Below are positions 14,088 to 27,317 of a stretch of DNA of 64,000 nucleotides, piece by piece. Positions within the stretch are counted from its first letter, which is position 1; each line of letters opens with the position of its first letter. The DNA is from Octopus sinensis (taxonomy: Eukaryota), in NCBI RefSeq assembly GCF_006345805.1, contig NC_042998.1, positions 166,780,001 through 166,844,000 on the forward strand, read 5' to 3'. The notes under the pieces are model-generated. The model saw only the letters and a program-made list of their open reading frames with translations, did not search any database and was not told the origin of the DNA. Both the position numbers and the translations under genes were made by a program.

Positions 14088-14318
14088 CTTTTACTCTTTT
14101 ACTTGTTTCAGTCATTTTGACTGTGGCCATGCAGAAGCACCGCCTTTTAGTCAAAGAAATCTACTCCTGAACTTATTCTTTGTAAGCCTGGTACTTATTC
14201 TATCGTTTTTTTTTTTGCCGAACCGCTAGATAACGGGGACATAAACACACTGACATCAGTTATCAAGCCATGGTGGAGGGATAAACACAGACACAAACAT
14301 ACAAATATCTACATACAT

Positions 14319-14330
<12 letters not shown>
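14088..14330 (-). mobile_element. SINE family A, 3' half, ending at a (TA)n tract that carries a Helitron
   Basis: Family A tail sequence. Confidence 0.85.
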
Positions 14331-14350
<20 letters not shown>

Positions 14351-14355
14351 TTATA

Positions 14356-14751
14356 TCTCTCTATATATAAACGGCAGTTTGTCTGTCTGTGTGTCTGTGT
14401 CTCTGTCAGGTAGTACCCTCACCCTGACCACGGCTTTCAACCGATTCTGATGAAACTTGACACACACATAATTCAAAACTAACGCAGCGAAAATTTTGAA
14501 AAGCTCCCCCAGTTCTGAAAAAAATTGATAAATTCGACATGGGGTCGAGAATCTAAGCTTTTTATATGCAACACATTTTCTGTCGGGAGACAGCTAGGAA
14601 CATCGTATACATAGAGGTATTCGAGTGAAGAGAAGACATTGCAACCTACACATGCGCCTTCGTTCCCTAGAAGGGAAAGAACTAGATTGGGATTAGTCGT
14701 TGCCTACTAGGGGCTCTTCCATACCCGGGCAACGCCGGGCTATGCTGCTAG
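14356..14751 (+). mobile_element. Non-autonomous Helitron
   Basis: A|TCTCTCTATATATAA start, (GTCT)n near the 5' end, hairpin CCCGGGCAACGCCGGG, CTAG|T end. Inserted in (TA)n. Confidence 0.85.
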
Positions 14752-14784
<33 letters not shown>

Positions 14785-14809
14785 CACACACACACACACA
14801 CCACACACA

Positions 14810-14892
<83 letters not shown>

Positions 14893-14986
14893 TCATTCGT
14901 GGCAATAGAGAAGACAATGAAAACGAGAAAACAAGGTAAATGTAGAAATGGAGAATTGTGAAACGAATATAGAGATATGAAAGACT

Positions 14987-15040
<54 letters not shown>

Positions 15041-16309
15041 GGAGAGAGACAGACTGAGAAAAACGATCTCTAATGGAGAATATGCATGCATATACACACA
15101 TATTCACATACAGAAACATATATGAACCCCGCACAGAATAGTACACCCAAAAAAGTGAAATGCTCACGCACTCACATACAAATGCATGCACACACATAGA
15201 CACACAGAGGCACAAACACAGACAAACACTCAAATACAAACACAGGCACACAATGAACGCATAAATACTACGCACGCGAAAACACAAGCACCTTAACACC
15301 CAATCTGCCCTTCAGACACACCTGCCACGAACATTCACGAAACTACAATTGTAAACATGTGCCGGGATTTTACATACAACTTGAAATACGGAACATTCAC
15401 ATTGTCAGCTGACGACTAGAGTTCACGAAGATTTGAGCACTTTCCTACAATATCGCTCGAGATTCGTTTTGGTATAAACAGAACCACGCTTTGTCTTTTG
15501 TTATATATGCAGTCCGTATATCAAACCAGGTGCAGCAATAAGTACTCCAACCAAGCAGCAAACGATTTCGTTTTACTGCTCGTCTTATTTTGTTCTTCGA
15601 TCTCTGGTTTGTTCTTTCTCTCACATGCTTCCACCATCTTGTTTTATTACTTGTTAAGGATTTGTTCTGTGTTCTCAGTTGTAGGCTGAGACAACCTCAG
15701 TTGTCTCGACACATTGTTTATTATCATCCAATCCATGGACACGATTTGATCATGTGATGTTGATTATTTAAGCTTACGTAGATTCGTCCGGAGAAAACAC
15801 ATTATAGGTGACATACGTAGATATATATATATATATATATCGACTCACTGTTGTGGATTGGCTCCTGTTCACCTTAGCACCCATACTGTGGTAAGGACAG
15901 TTCATTTTTGCCTAGTGGGAAAACTGAAGTTACAATTCGCCACTGCGTACTTCAGTTTCGAATTGTTGCGATATTTAGTTCTTTCATTTTACAAAGTTAT
16001 ATTCCGAATACAATATTATTCATCTTACCTTGTACCATAGTCTTTCGTCCTCATATGCATCTGCAATGTCCTTGATGAAGGATTTTCTGTTTCCATCAAG
16101 AATTTGTTAATTACTGCGCTGCTATCTTCCCGAAATCTATTTTCAGCCAGATAAGACATTAAGAATAGCTACAAACTCACGACACCCTATCGCCACATGA
16201 ACCACCATGCTTTGTCATTCCTTGTCCCCTTAGTTCGTCATAATTGCTCTCCAAATTGACTTCTCGAAGTATATCTAGCTCATGTCATAAGACAAAGCAT
16301 GGCTTTATT

Positions 16310-16870
16310 ATTGGTGTAAAATTTTGACACGAGGCCAGCAGTTTTAGGGAAAGGGTCAGGTCGATTACATAGACTACAGTTTTCAACTGGTACTTATTTT
16401 ATCGAACCCGAAAGGGATGAAAAGCAAAGTCAACCTCGGTGGAATTCTAACTCAGAACGTAGAGACAAACGACATGCCGCTAAGCATCTTAGCTGGTGCG
16501 TTAACGATTCTGCCAGCTCGCGGCCTTGCATAGCTTTACTGTTACAATATGAATTAAGAACACAAATGTTTTCTTCAAATACAACTGCATTTTTCAATAA
16601 TTCAGAGCACCCACATTCTGGGTCTCGGTTCTCCTTTGTTTACGCTCTTATAGTGTGACAACAGCATTCGCTTTGTGGAAAACAGCTTTATAAGTAAACA
16701 GCTTTATAGTAAGGCGGCGAACTGGCACAGTCGTTAGCACGCCAGGCTAAATGCTCCGCAGCATTTTGTCAGTCATTACGCTATGAGTTCAAATTTTGCT
16801 GAGGTTGACTTTGCCTTTCATTCTTTCGAGGGCGATAAAATATATACTAGTTGATCACTGAGGTCGATGT
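16310..16870. mobile_element. Two diverged SINE family B copies (16310-16530 minus; 16710-16870 plus)
   Basis: Both carry the family B head and the gactttgc.tttcat central block. Confidence 0.8.
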
Positions 16871-17174
16871 AATTTTGGTACAAGGTCAGTAATTTGAAAC
16901 CAATTACAGTTTTATAGAACTACAAAACTGAGACACATTGTCAGATATACTCTGTAGGCGAAGAATGTTGAAGCACACTGCAACGCGGTATATCTTCCAC
17001 ACCGCTGAGGTTATGCGGTTATGTCATTTCTACTGTTGTAAAATAACACGACACTCTCATCGTCTATGAAAACAAATCGTACAACGCAATTAGGTTATCA
17101 AATTGAAACAGTATTGACTGAAATTTCTTCAACATACTTCGGTATATTTACTTTACTCAACTCTGACATTAGTC

Positions 17175-17503
17175 CAGTTGTTCTCATCCGAGGTCCACAT
17201 GTCCCCTCAGGGTCCATATAAGGTTTTGGAGTAAATTGGAGTCCACAATAGTATTTTAAGGGCCTCTGAAAAAATTTTGCTTTAGATGCATTTATAAGTA
17301 TGTATTGCGGGAAACAGATTTTGTTCTCTAGCATATCACATAGTTCAACCGACACAAGTTAATGTGTGAGAAACAAAATAGGTATCTTGAAAGAAATTCC
17401 TGTAAAACTAATTTTTAAAACATCGAATGGCTATGGGGAATCCATCAGAGGAAAACAGTAAACAAAGAAGTCCAAAGAAAAAGAAAATGGTTGAGAACCC
17501 CTG
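17175..17503. mobile_element. hAT-type MITE
   Basis: TIRs cagttgttctca / tgagaacccctg, with a perfect 8-bp TSD cattagtc at 17167-17174 and 17504-17511. A related left end occurs near 44551. Confidence 0.88.
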
Positions 17504-18714
17504 CATTAGTCAAACGATTTCTTTTTTTCGAAGTAATTGCACTATATTTCTGTAAAATGGTGTCAATCAAATAAATTTCAAGAAATTGAAAAAATAATTT
17601 CAGATCTGCACAGTCTATAGATAATAATTGGTGTAAAGATTTTTTTTTTTTTTTATCGCTGGTTTTAAATCAAACTATGCCTTTCGAGACAAATGTCTGA
17701 ACTTTTTTGGTTTTTGTTTGCTTAGAACAAGTGTTCAGTTGATAATTAAGTCCTTCAATTGATCATATTTCCTAACAATAGGCAAATTTGACTTGGTGAC
17801 GTTAAACATATCCGATTATGCCAATTATAGGTCACTACAAAAGACACTGTTGTCTGGTCTTGAATCCCTCGTATTTTGGATTGCTCGAAGTTATTCTGAA
17901 GGTATGCGTTTTGCCCGATCTATACCATTTTATAGAAGCAGGGGTGCAAAACGAAAAGAAATAAAACAAATATATAGTATATAAACATACATAAATATAT
18001 ATGTATATGTGTGTCTATGTGTGTGTGTTTGTTTGAGTGTGTGTGTGTGTAAAGGAATACTTGAAGAGTGAGATTGTGTGTAAGAGTATTGTGTCTGTGT
18101 GGGTACGTTGCATATTACAAATATTTTTGAGCCATTGTGTTCTGACATTCCCTTAATCTCTCGCTCTCTCCCCTCTCTCTCCCTTCTCTTTTTATCTCTC
18201 TTTCACTTTAGATCTTATATAAATTTTTTATTTACTTCATATCGTAATTGACGCCTCATACTAAAAGTAATGAACTGTATACCAATAATCATAAGGACAC
18301 ACTCGAAAAAGAAAAATGAGAATTTGGGGACACTTGTTTACCAGTTGAATATCTGCCTTGTTATAACATTCCTTCAGTACTGAGTGAATGTCAGTGGACT
18401 GCGTTTTTGACACGGCAACGAAGAAGAAAACAAAATAAAAACGCGTGTCTAACCAGTATATATATGTTGTAAACTATAGCCCTTTGACCAAATTGACACG
18501 TGACTAGCGGTTGTGATAACTGAGTTACATAAACAGCACTGGTAGTATTATATACCTTCGATGTATGTGTATGTGGTTTATTACGTGTGTGTATATATGT
18601 AAGTTTGTTTATGTATGAACGTATGTGTGTGTGTGTACGTGTATGATTTGAAATAGAAGCAAAATAGTCATACATACACGAACGATAGAAATCAATCTCT
18701 GATTATCTTTTATA

Positions 18715-19132
18715 CTCTTACTCTTTTACTCTTTTACTTGTTTCAGTCATTTGACTGCGGCCATGCTGGGGCACCGCCTTCAGTCGAGCAACTCGACCCC
18801 GGGACTTATTCTTTGTAAGCCCAGTACTTATTCTATCGGTCTCTTTTGCTGAACCGCTAATGACGGGGACGTAAACACACCAGCATCGGTTGTCAAGCAA
18901 TGCTAGGGGGGCAAACACAGACACACAAACACATACACGCACATACATATATATATATATACATATATACGACAGGCTTCTTTCAGTTTCCGTCTACCAA
19001 ATCCACTCACAAGGCATTGGTCGGCCCGGGGCTATAGCAGAAGACAATTGCCCAAGATGCCACGCAGTGGGACTGAACCCGGAACCATGTGGTTGGTAAG
19101 CAAGCTACTTACCACACAGCCACTCCTGCGCC
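18715..19132 (-). mobile_element. SINE family A, full length
   Basis: Complete head, internal microsatellite and (gtaaaaga)n tail. Confidence 0.93.
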
Positions 19133-19445
19133 TTATGGATATTTTATATAAATAACATTGCTAAAACTGCATCCCATTAACTTGCCTTTGTGTTCATTCT
19201 TCAGTCCTCAAGTTGCCGACTCTCTACATGATTATTTACATGCACATCATAAATTATATTCAGCAGGACGTCATTTGGCTGGTTGTCAAAAACTTTCTGA
19301 TCGTTACACTACAATCACTGGCCCACATATACGTGTCCTCCTTTTTTCCTGCGCCAACGACCGCTACTACTAATGCTATTGTTGACCTGAAAGCCACACA
19401 TCACCTCTTTCCATGGTCAACTGACATCTCTCCTCATAGATATTA

Positions 19446-19640
19446 CTGTATTTTCCGGCACACAAGTCGACGTAGAATCTAGTGTAAACATTCAAATATT
19501 GTCACTATCTTTCTAAATTCTGCTGCACTTCACATGGAATTTTTGTTCCTCTAAAGCTGTCGTCGTATGTAAGGCGACCTACCTTTACTAGCTATAAATT
19601 TTGATCTGAAAAATTCGACTTGTATGCCGGAAAATAGGCA
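19446..19640. mobile_element. Tc1/mariner-pogo-type MITE
   Basis: TIRs ctgtattttccggcacacaagtcga / tcgacttgtatgccggaaaata, flanked by TA. Confidence 0.7.
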
Positions 19641-20102
19641 TATCTTCTCTGAATATCCTATTTTAAACACTTTCCGAGCCTCTCTCCATAAAACTGTCAC
19701 CATTTTTTTCTCATGTTTAACCTTGAGGTTAATGCATGCAGGAAGTAAAATTACAGAATCCCAGACTAAACATCAAGAGCATAGATCCAACCGTTTACAA
19801 ATACAGTAAAATATTATGGTCGATGCGTCTTTTACAAATAAATAACTACTCAATAAAAAACGTGTGTCATTCGGTAAATATAATCCAGCTATGATTCTTC
19901 GTGTTATTCTCTCTGTACTTCATCAAGAAGAGAAAGTAGAATGGGTTGGCGCACAGGCAGGTGAATATTATGTTTTTGGGATTTTTTTTTATTCTCTCTG
20001 TACTTCAACATATGCAAAAGCTAAAATCAGTTGTCATACAGGGCTACTTACAATTATTAAGCAATGGTTGGACAGCAAGTTATTAGATAAGACGAAACAG
20101 TT

Positions 20103-21860
20103 CTAGGTAAATTTCACTACAAGTAATACGAATACATTTTAGATCACATTTTATTCACACATTAAGAGAAAAATGATGGCGAGTACATAAAAATACATAA
20201 ATTATATGAATACATTTTAGCTCACATTTTATTCATATAAAAATGATGGCGAATACATAAAAATAAAGTTATGAAAAAAATGCTTAATACATTTGGAGAA
20301 AATTTTTTTATGACAAATTGCGTGCAATAGTTCTTAAAAATTGCAGAGCGTTTTCAGATTGATAATTCTCAACTAGCTTCTTTAGTCGTGCATCAATCAT
20401 TTGATAGGACTTCTTTTGTTGTTGTCGAGTGTACGCAATTTTCGTCTGGCTTAAGCCTTCTTCGGTCTTAATAGCATTGCAAAGTTCCCACAAATTTGGA
20501 TGTGTGGATGTTATCGATGACCGCAAAGCATTGTGGAACCCTTCTCCCGAACTATTTGGTCTTGGCAAGTCATTTAAAATGCGGTCGTGTATATTCCAAA
20601 GTTGGATAGGAAATTGTGGGGTCTCTCTTCGTCGATGAAAACTGTGTACCCTTACAGTCCTAATGTATGAAATCTCAAAATAAGTGATAAATTCAAAAGG
20701 GATGCTTTCATCATCAGACAAATCTTCACATCCATTGACGTCTTCAATTGGTAAAAATGTTAAAGCGCAGAAACACTTAATTTTAAACTGAAAACTTTCA
20801 TTCGTTTTGTATCTCCTACTCTCACCAAGTGCACATATCTTCCGCCAAATACACTGTCCGTGATGAAAAATACACCAAACTACTTCTAAATGCAGAAATA
20901 CAGAATCATATGAATTATGGAGAGCTTTTTCAAAGTCTATGAGACAGGTAGCAAGTCGACAAATTATCCTTAAATCCAGCAAAGCAGACAGAAAATTATA
21001 TGAGGCTTCTTTTTAGTCAGGAAATAAGGTAAATAGCCTGGGCACGCGTGAAAAGCTGACACCACAAACTAGAAGATACCTTAAAAGTCCCATCACAGGC
21101 CCAATTTTCAGAGCTTTCTAGAACATCCAAACCTTTTTCTGAGGAAAAACTAAAATTCTGTCCGAGTCATCACTGCCACTGTCAAAGACCAAAAAAATAA
21201 AAAGGACCTGTTTTCTACGTACTTAACTGCCTCAGGAATTTCAAACCCTGAATGAGAAATTGGAAGTACTGGGATTCTTAAAATATGTTGCCTCCAGTTA
21301 CGTATGTTACATGAAAGTCCAGGAATAGTTTGCAACAATGATTGTGCTTCTTCATCGAAATTTTGTACAGTGAAGATACTGTGCCCGTTCACATGACTTC
21401 ACCTTTCATTGAATTAACAGCCTTTTGGGCATTAACGTGTACACTGCTTGCTGAGTGATTATGGGAGCCCGTTGAAAAGATAACTTCTGGTATACTGGAG
21501 TTGTAAGTTGTATGTAGTCTAGCCTGGCAACCTTTGTAAAGAACGTTTACAACGCCAATATATTTTTGTTTTGCTACTGTTAACTCCATTCTTTTCGTAT
21601 ATATGATTCTCTTCGTCGCAAAGCTTACGTTTTTTCTTCTCTGATGTTATAAATATTGCCATAGTTGAGGGTTTCAAAGTTAAACTGAATAGAACAAAAT
21701 AAGCAGTAGTGAAATTCAGTTAAAAAATGAGTAACAATGGCATATACCTATAATACTTTAACTTTAACATATACCTATACTTTAATTAGTTGAGGGCGTG
21801 TGCAATTAGTTTTCTATAGACCGTTTACTGTAGTTGAATTTACCTTAGTGGAATATACCG
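20103..21860 (-). mobile_element. Mutator-like (MULE) DNA transposon, decayed
   Basis: Imperfect inverted ends ctaggtaaatttcactacaagtaa (20103-20126) and ttactgtagttgaatttaccttag (21825-21848) bracket a transposase pseudogene. Confidence 0.8.
20308..21662 (-). pseudogene. FLYWCH + MULE DDE transposase, frameshifted
   Basis: N-terminal HIYEK...IYWRC...GCQARLHT...GSHNH (FLYWCH-like), then WACDGTFK, IDFEKA, CIFH (CxxH) and PRPNSSGEGFHN. The C-terminal 224 codons are open; frameshifts lie upstream. Confidence 0.9.
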
Positions 21861-22451
21861 CAGATTAGGTGACTATGCAGAGGGTCCGATATTTATTCAA
21901 TAAAACTCCAAATTTGAAATATAATGTATCGCAGTATGAGCAATCAGTTATGTCCAAAACATCATAAGATGAAAGAGACGTACTGCTTGATTAACTTCTG
22001 CAGTTTTGCTTTTGAAGAAGCGTTCCTATCCTTGGTAACTATCTCCTTCTGTTGTGAGCTTTTATAGAACTGTTATTATCAAGTGTTGGGTGGATCCAGT
22101 TTTCAACTGCTGTTGTGACTCAAGTTCACACGAAGCTTCCTACATCGACTACAGTGTTCGCATTGTAGTCAATACTTCTGAGAAAATTAAGAACTCTATA
22201 AAATACTATATCCTCCCCACAAGAAAACGTTGTTATCAACAGCGTCGTTGTTCTTTTTATTAGCTATTCTAAACTGGGATGAAGCCAGTAACACTGGAGC
22301 AACAAAAGTAAAAGTATGAAATGGCAGCGCCTATTACACCTATTAAAGAACTACAATAGCAGGACAGAGGAGGAAGATTCTTCAGGAAAGAGACCTTGCC
22401 CAGTTGCTTACAACAGGTTGAATTCATTAAAGTTCAAATGTAGTTAGTTGT

Positions 22452-23728
22452 TACGAGATGCATTCCAGAAGTTTCGAGTTTTATCAGATTATTATAAATT
22501 TAATATATCATTACTACTATAAGGCGGCGAGCTGGCAGAAACGTTAGCGCGCCGGGCGAAATGCTTAGCGGTATTTCGTCTGCCGCTTGCGTTTCTGAGT
22601 TCAAATTCCGCCGATGTCAACTTTGCCTTTCATCCTTTCGGGCTCGATAAATTAAGTACCAGTTACGCACTGGGGTCGATGTAATCGACTTAATCCCTTT
22701 GTCTGTCACTGTTTGTCCTCTCTGTGTGTAGCCCCCTGTGGGTAGTAAAGAAATAGGTATTTCGTCCGTCGCTATGTTCTGAGTTCAAATTCCGCTGAGG
22801 TCGACTTTGCTTTTCATCCTTTCGTGCTCGATAAATTAAGTACCAGTTGCGTACTAGTGTCGATCTAATCGACTGGTCCCCTCCCACAAAATTTCGGGCC
22901 TTGTACCTAGAGTAGAAAAGAATATATCATTACATCTAATAAGCTGACCGGCCAACTTTTGTTCTTCCAGATTGAAGGAGACGGCTGTAACAACAGTTTT
23001 TAACACACTCTACAAAATACTGCATGTCACAGCTGACTAGTTTGCAGAATACACACAGGACATGAAAACTATTTGGAAGCTCGCTATGCAATAAAATTCT
23101 GTGTTAAAGTTGGCAAAAACGCTATAGAATCTTACGAAATAATAGAGACTACTTATGGATTAACTTATATGAACCGAGCATCTGTTTTTCGCAGGCGCAA
23201 GAGGAAGGCGAAGCAAGATCTAGCAGGAAGCTTATGATGATCTCCTTTTGCAACAGCAAGGGCATCATCTGCATCCATTAGGTTCCATCTGGCTAGACTG
23301 TCAGCAAATAGTTCTTAGTAGAGGTTTTCAGGAAGAAATTTCATCGCAAAAAAAATCAACAACATTTGCACTAGGACATTTGCATCCTAGTAACCAACAA
23401 CTTGACAGAGATGGGCTTCAGAAATGTCCGTTCCCTTCCCTACAGACCTTGTTCCCGGTGAGGTTTAGTTGTTCCGCAAGCTGAAAGACAAAGAGTTAGT
23501 CGTTTTGAAGATACTGAGAAAATGAAGGAGACTGAGGCAAATGGTCTTGGATACTTTCTCTTTGAAGAACTTCCATGGGGCCTTCACGGAGAGGTTGGGG
23601 CACTACAACAAGTGCATTGAAGTAAGAGGGTCTTAATTTGAGGATATATGATTTCTGTTGTTTTTTTTTCTTTTAAATTATTAAATGTCTTCCTTGAAAA
23701 GGTTTCAATATTTCTGGAATGCACCTTG
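22452..23728 (+). mobile_element. Decayed, internally deleted mariner (irritans-like) containing a SINE B insertion
   Basis: TIR-like tacgagatgcattccagaag / tttctggaatgcaccttgt. Remnant peptides LEARYAIKFCVKVGKNAIESYEIIETTYG...RASVF and KLMMISFCNSKGII. Confidence 0.8.
22515..22920 (+). mobile_element. SINE family B dimer with a 13-bp TSD
   Basis: TSD aatatatcattac at 22502-22514 and 22921-22933. Confidence 0.9.
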
Positions 23729-23946
23729 TGTGATAAAAGTTTACATGTCACACGTTATAACTTGGAATATGACTAAATTCAATATTTACAAATAAAAAAA
23801 AGTTGTGTAGTCATCAGAAAACTATTCGCTCCAACGAGAAGTTCAAATATACATCTAAAGGATTAAATATCAGAACAGAGCCTTCAGTCACACATATATT
23901 TCTTCAATTTCATTAGTATGTGTGTCATAACATAGCCTCCAAAACT

Positions 23947-23978
<32 letters not shown>

Positions 23979-24719
23979 TGTATGTATGTATCTTACACAC
24001 AGATATGCATATACATACATACGTACATATCGTTGAATAGAATCATTAGCTATATGCTTTCAATCCACACTTTCCAGAAAACGATATCCACAAAAGATTA
24101 GTACTTTCACCATAAAAAAGGCCCCACATTCATCTTTGTAAGGCTTCAAGAATCTTAATTAAGACATCATCCGGCGAAATCCCTTTCGTTTTCCAAATAA
24201 ATCACATAAGAAAACGCAAGAGAATCAAAACAAGACTGAATAAAAAATTAAAACAAAAGGAGAAACTACACAAAAACAACTCCAAAGACACATTTACTGA
24301 TATGAATTATTTTATTGTTGTAAAATATTGTATAATCCAAGTAATAAAAATGTAGTAATACTTGCTGTTTTATTGAACTTCGTTGCTAATGGGTATTTAC
24401 GATCTGTGTTAAATCTTAAGTTATTTCTTATACTTATTTTTATTGGCAATAAACCTGTAATAGAAAAAATTATAAAAGCTCATCAGAAATATATAAGTGG
24501 AAAGATAGGCAAACACAAAACTAAGTAGCTAAAAATCAACTTTATTTACTTATAAAATTTATATCATATATTCAACTTTTTGATATGATAATAAGAGATA
24601 TATAATACCAACAATAGAAACATTGCATGAAAGATATAGTCACGTAAACAATACACATTATATATATATATATATATGCATACGTGTGTGTGATTGTGTG
24701 TATATTCTTTTGTTTTTTT

Positions 24720-24894
24720 ATACTTTTACTTGTTTCGGTCATTTTGACTGTGACCTTGCTGGAACACTGCCTTTTAGTCGAATAAATCGACCCCTGGACG
24801 TATTCTTTATAAGACTGGTATTTTATTCTATCGGTCGTTTTTTGCCGAATCGCTAATTTACGGGAACGTAACCACACCAACATCGGTTGTCAAG

Positions 24895-24897
<3 letters not shown>
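24720..24897 (-). mobile_element. SINE family A, 3' half
   Basis: Family A tail, ending at (TA)n. Confidence 0.8.
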
Positions 24898-24947
<50 letters not shown>

Positions 24948-25290
24948 ACAAAATGGGACAAGAACGCAAAACATCCAGGCAGTTAGGTGATACAAAAAAG
25001 GGACAACTAAACATCCAGATAGACGATACAAAGAAAACAAGGACAGGTCATTCGGAGTTTCTTTCCTCAGTCGAGTTCCATCTTTGCAATGTCGGCTGGT
25101 TATACTCGAGATTGCTCCAATCTGGCCAGCCCCAAGGAAAAACGGAGAAAGTTACACAAATACAAATAACAGGACATAACAACAGGTGTCTGTCAACTAA
25201 GGACGAATTAAATTAAGCTGGCGAGTGTGGAAGTAAAGCTTAGATGTTGCACGGACAGTGGCCGAATCATGAAGGAAAGGTCAGAGAATG
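24948..25290. mobile_element. Probable Penelope-like (pLTR-type) fragment inserted at (TA)n
   Basis: Begins abruptly at a (TA)n tract and has short internal direct repeats (gggacaa...acatccag...gatacaaa). A weak CTGAGGA...GAAAC motif lies on minus at ~25045-25080. Confidence 0.4.
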
Positions 25291-26145
25291 AACAAGCAAA
25301 ACATAATAGTATTTTAAAGTCTTTTACAGCTTGTTTCTAGAATAGGTAAGCATGTGGTTTTTATACTATTGAGTAAATATTTCCCTGTCGGCTAGGTATT
25401 CCGTCATCGAAGAGATAAAAATAAAGAATATCCTTAATCCAGTATATTATTAGTTAGGAGTTTGTTGAAATATTAAGGAATTAAGGAATGTTTAAAGGAA
25501 AAGATGATATCGATTGGTAGATCTATGATCAAAAGATTCAAGAGAAACATAGTAAAAGATAGCAGATCCATTGCTGAAGTATCACAGAAAATCCGTGGAA
25601 AAAGGTGATAAAAGCTGCTAGTTCTATCGCTGAAAATAAAGAGAAGTGGATGTGAATGGAAAGCCTTCAGATAGTATGTGATAATATGAAGGAGAGGTAT
25701 AGTAGTAAAACCAATAGGATAAATGTTCTGGAAGACGGTACTAATAACTTCTGTCATCTCTTTTTACCACAGATTTTCTGTAATACTTCAAATACTGTAT
25801 CTGCTAACCGACACTATCAAAGGGAAAGAGAGAGAGGTGAAAGCAAAACAAGCTTAGTATAGATAACACAGAGTAGTGCTCAAATTCTTATACACGATTT
25901 TTTATAAATTTTTATAAATTGTATTTTGTGCTCCATGAAAATATGCCTCAAGCCAAACTATATTTATCTACCTTACTACCACCCATTCTCTCTCTCTCTC
26001 TCTCTCTCACCTTCTCTCCCTCCCTCTCTTTTCCTCTCACTTTCTCTATGTATGTATATTAGGCGCGAAATTGCGATTGACCCACTGGCCGATAACTGAT
26101 GTGGAGTTGGTGACCATCTCTGTTCCCCGTTTGTTTCTGCGTTTA

Positions 26146-26224
<79 letters not shown>

Positions 26225-26465
26225 GATGTGCGTGTGTGAATGTGTTAAACTTTACTATTAAAATGGTTATGGAATTCTTCAATTTATTTTACGTAGAGCC
26301 TAAATTATAACCCAAACAGCAGATATAAATAACAATGTCTATAACAGTTAAAATGATTAAAATACGCAAAATAATAAACACTGAAATAGATGCTGTAATG
26401 AGAAACAAGATAAAAGTCATTTGAAATTTTTGTTCGAAAAATAACAAAAATACGACTATTAGTTT

Positions 26466-26476
26466 TGTTATTATTA

Positions 26477-26517
<41 letters not shown>

Positions 26518-26534
26518 TTATTATTATTATCATC

Positions 26535-26606
<72 letters not shown>

Positions 26607-26614
26607 TAGTAGTG

Positions 26615-26665
<51 letters not shown>

Positions 26666-26685
26666 TTGTTATTATTAGTATTATT
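26466..26685. repeat. Compound (TAT)n/(TAG)n microsatellite
   Basis: Seen directly; explains the poly-Y/L/V ORF. Confidence 0.97.
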
Positions 26686-27165
26686 TTGTTTCATTTTGTT
26701 TTTTTTCATTTTCCTTGTATGTTTTCCCAGGGGGAGAAGAGAGTTTTGAATATCGTTCAAAGAAAGCAATATGGTTCTACTAGATCAGCTAAGCTCAATA
26801 CCCAACAATCGCCTGAAATAGCAGTTACAAAAACATATGTGACAACAACAGTAAGTCAATGTCTCCTTGTAGCATTTCTTCCTATCAGTAAAGATATTTT
26901 GTTGATAAAGAAACAATGTGACTGAACACTGCAAAAGTAATTTATCAGCGCTTTACTGCCCCGCAACTAAAACCTTGAACAGTAGGAGGTTTCAAAACAG
27001 TCCCCGATTGAAAACAAAAATTTAAAACAAAAAAAAAGAGAACAACAAACAAAGTAAAAATCCCTTGAAAAGCAGGAGTTAGAAAATAATCCATAACAAG
27101 CAACGAAGTTGATTTTTATGATATTGTATCCAACATTTATTACAATCCTTTCTACAATATGCACA

Positions 27166-27313
27166 AGGCGTGGCAATATGGTAAAGGGTTTGCATCTCAA
27201 CCAACCACATGGTTCTGGGTTCAGTCCCACAGCGCAGCACCATGGGTAAGTGGCTTCTGCTATAGCCTCGGGCTGACCAAAGCCTTGTGAGTGGATTTAG
27301 TAGATGGAAACTG
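27166..27313 (+). mobile_element. SINE family A head, truncated by a LINE fragment
   Basis: Matches the family A head up to gaaactga. Confidence 0.8.
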
Positions 27314-27317
27314 ATAT

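Noticed and set aside
16020-16140. Minus-strand donor AAG|GTAAGA with a short open frame
   Set aside because: No clear acceptor or recognisable protein; more likely decayed LINE or chance.
22147-22170. 10-bp stem with a UUCG loop (gactacagtg-ttcg-cattgtagtc)
   Set aside because: An isolated hairpin with no supporting context; plausible by chance in 64 kb.
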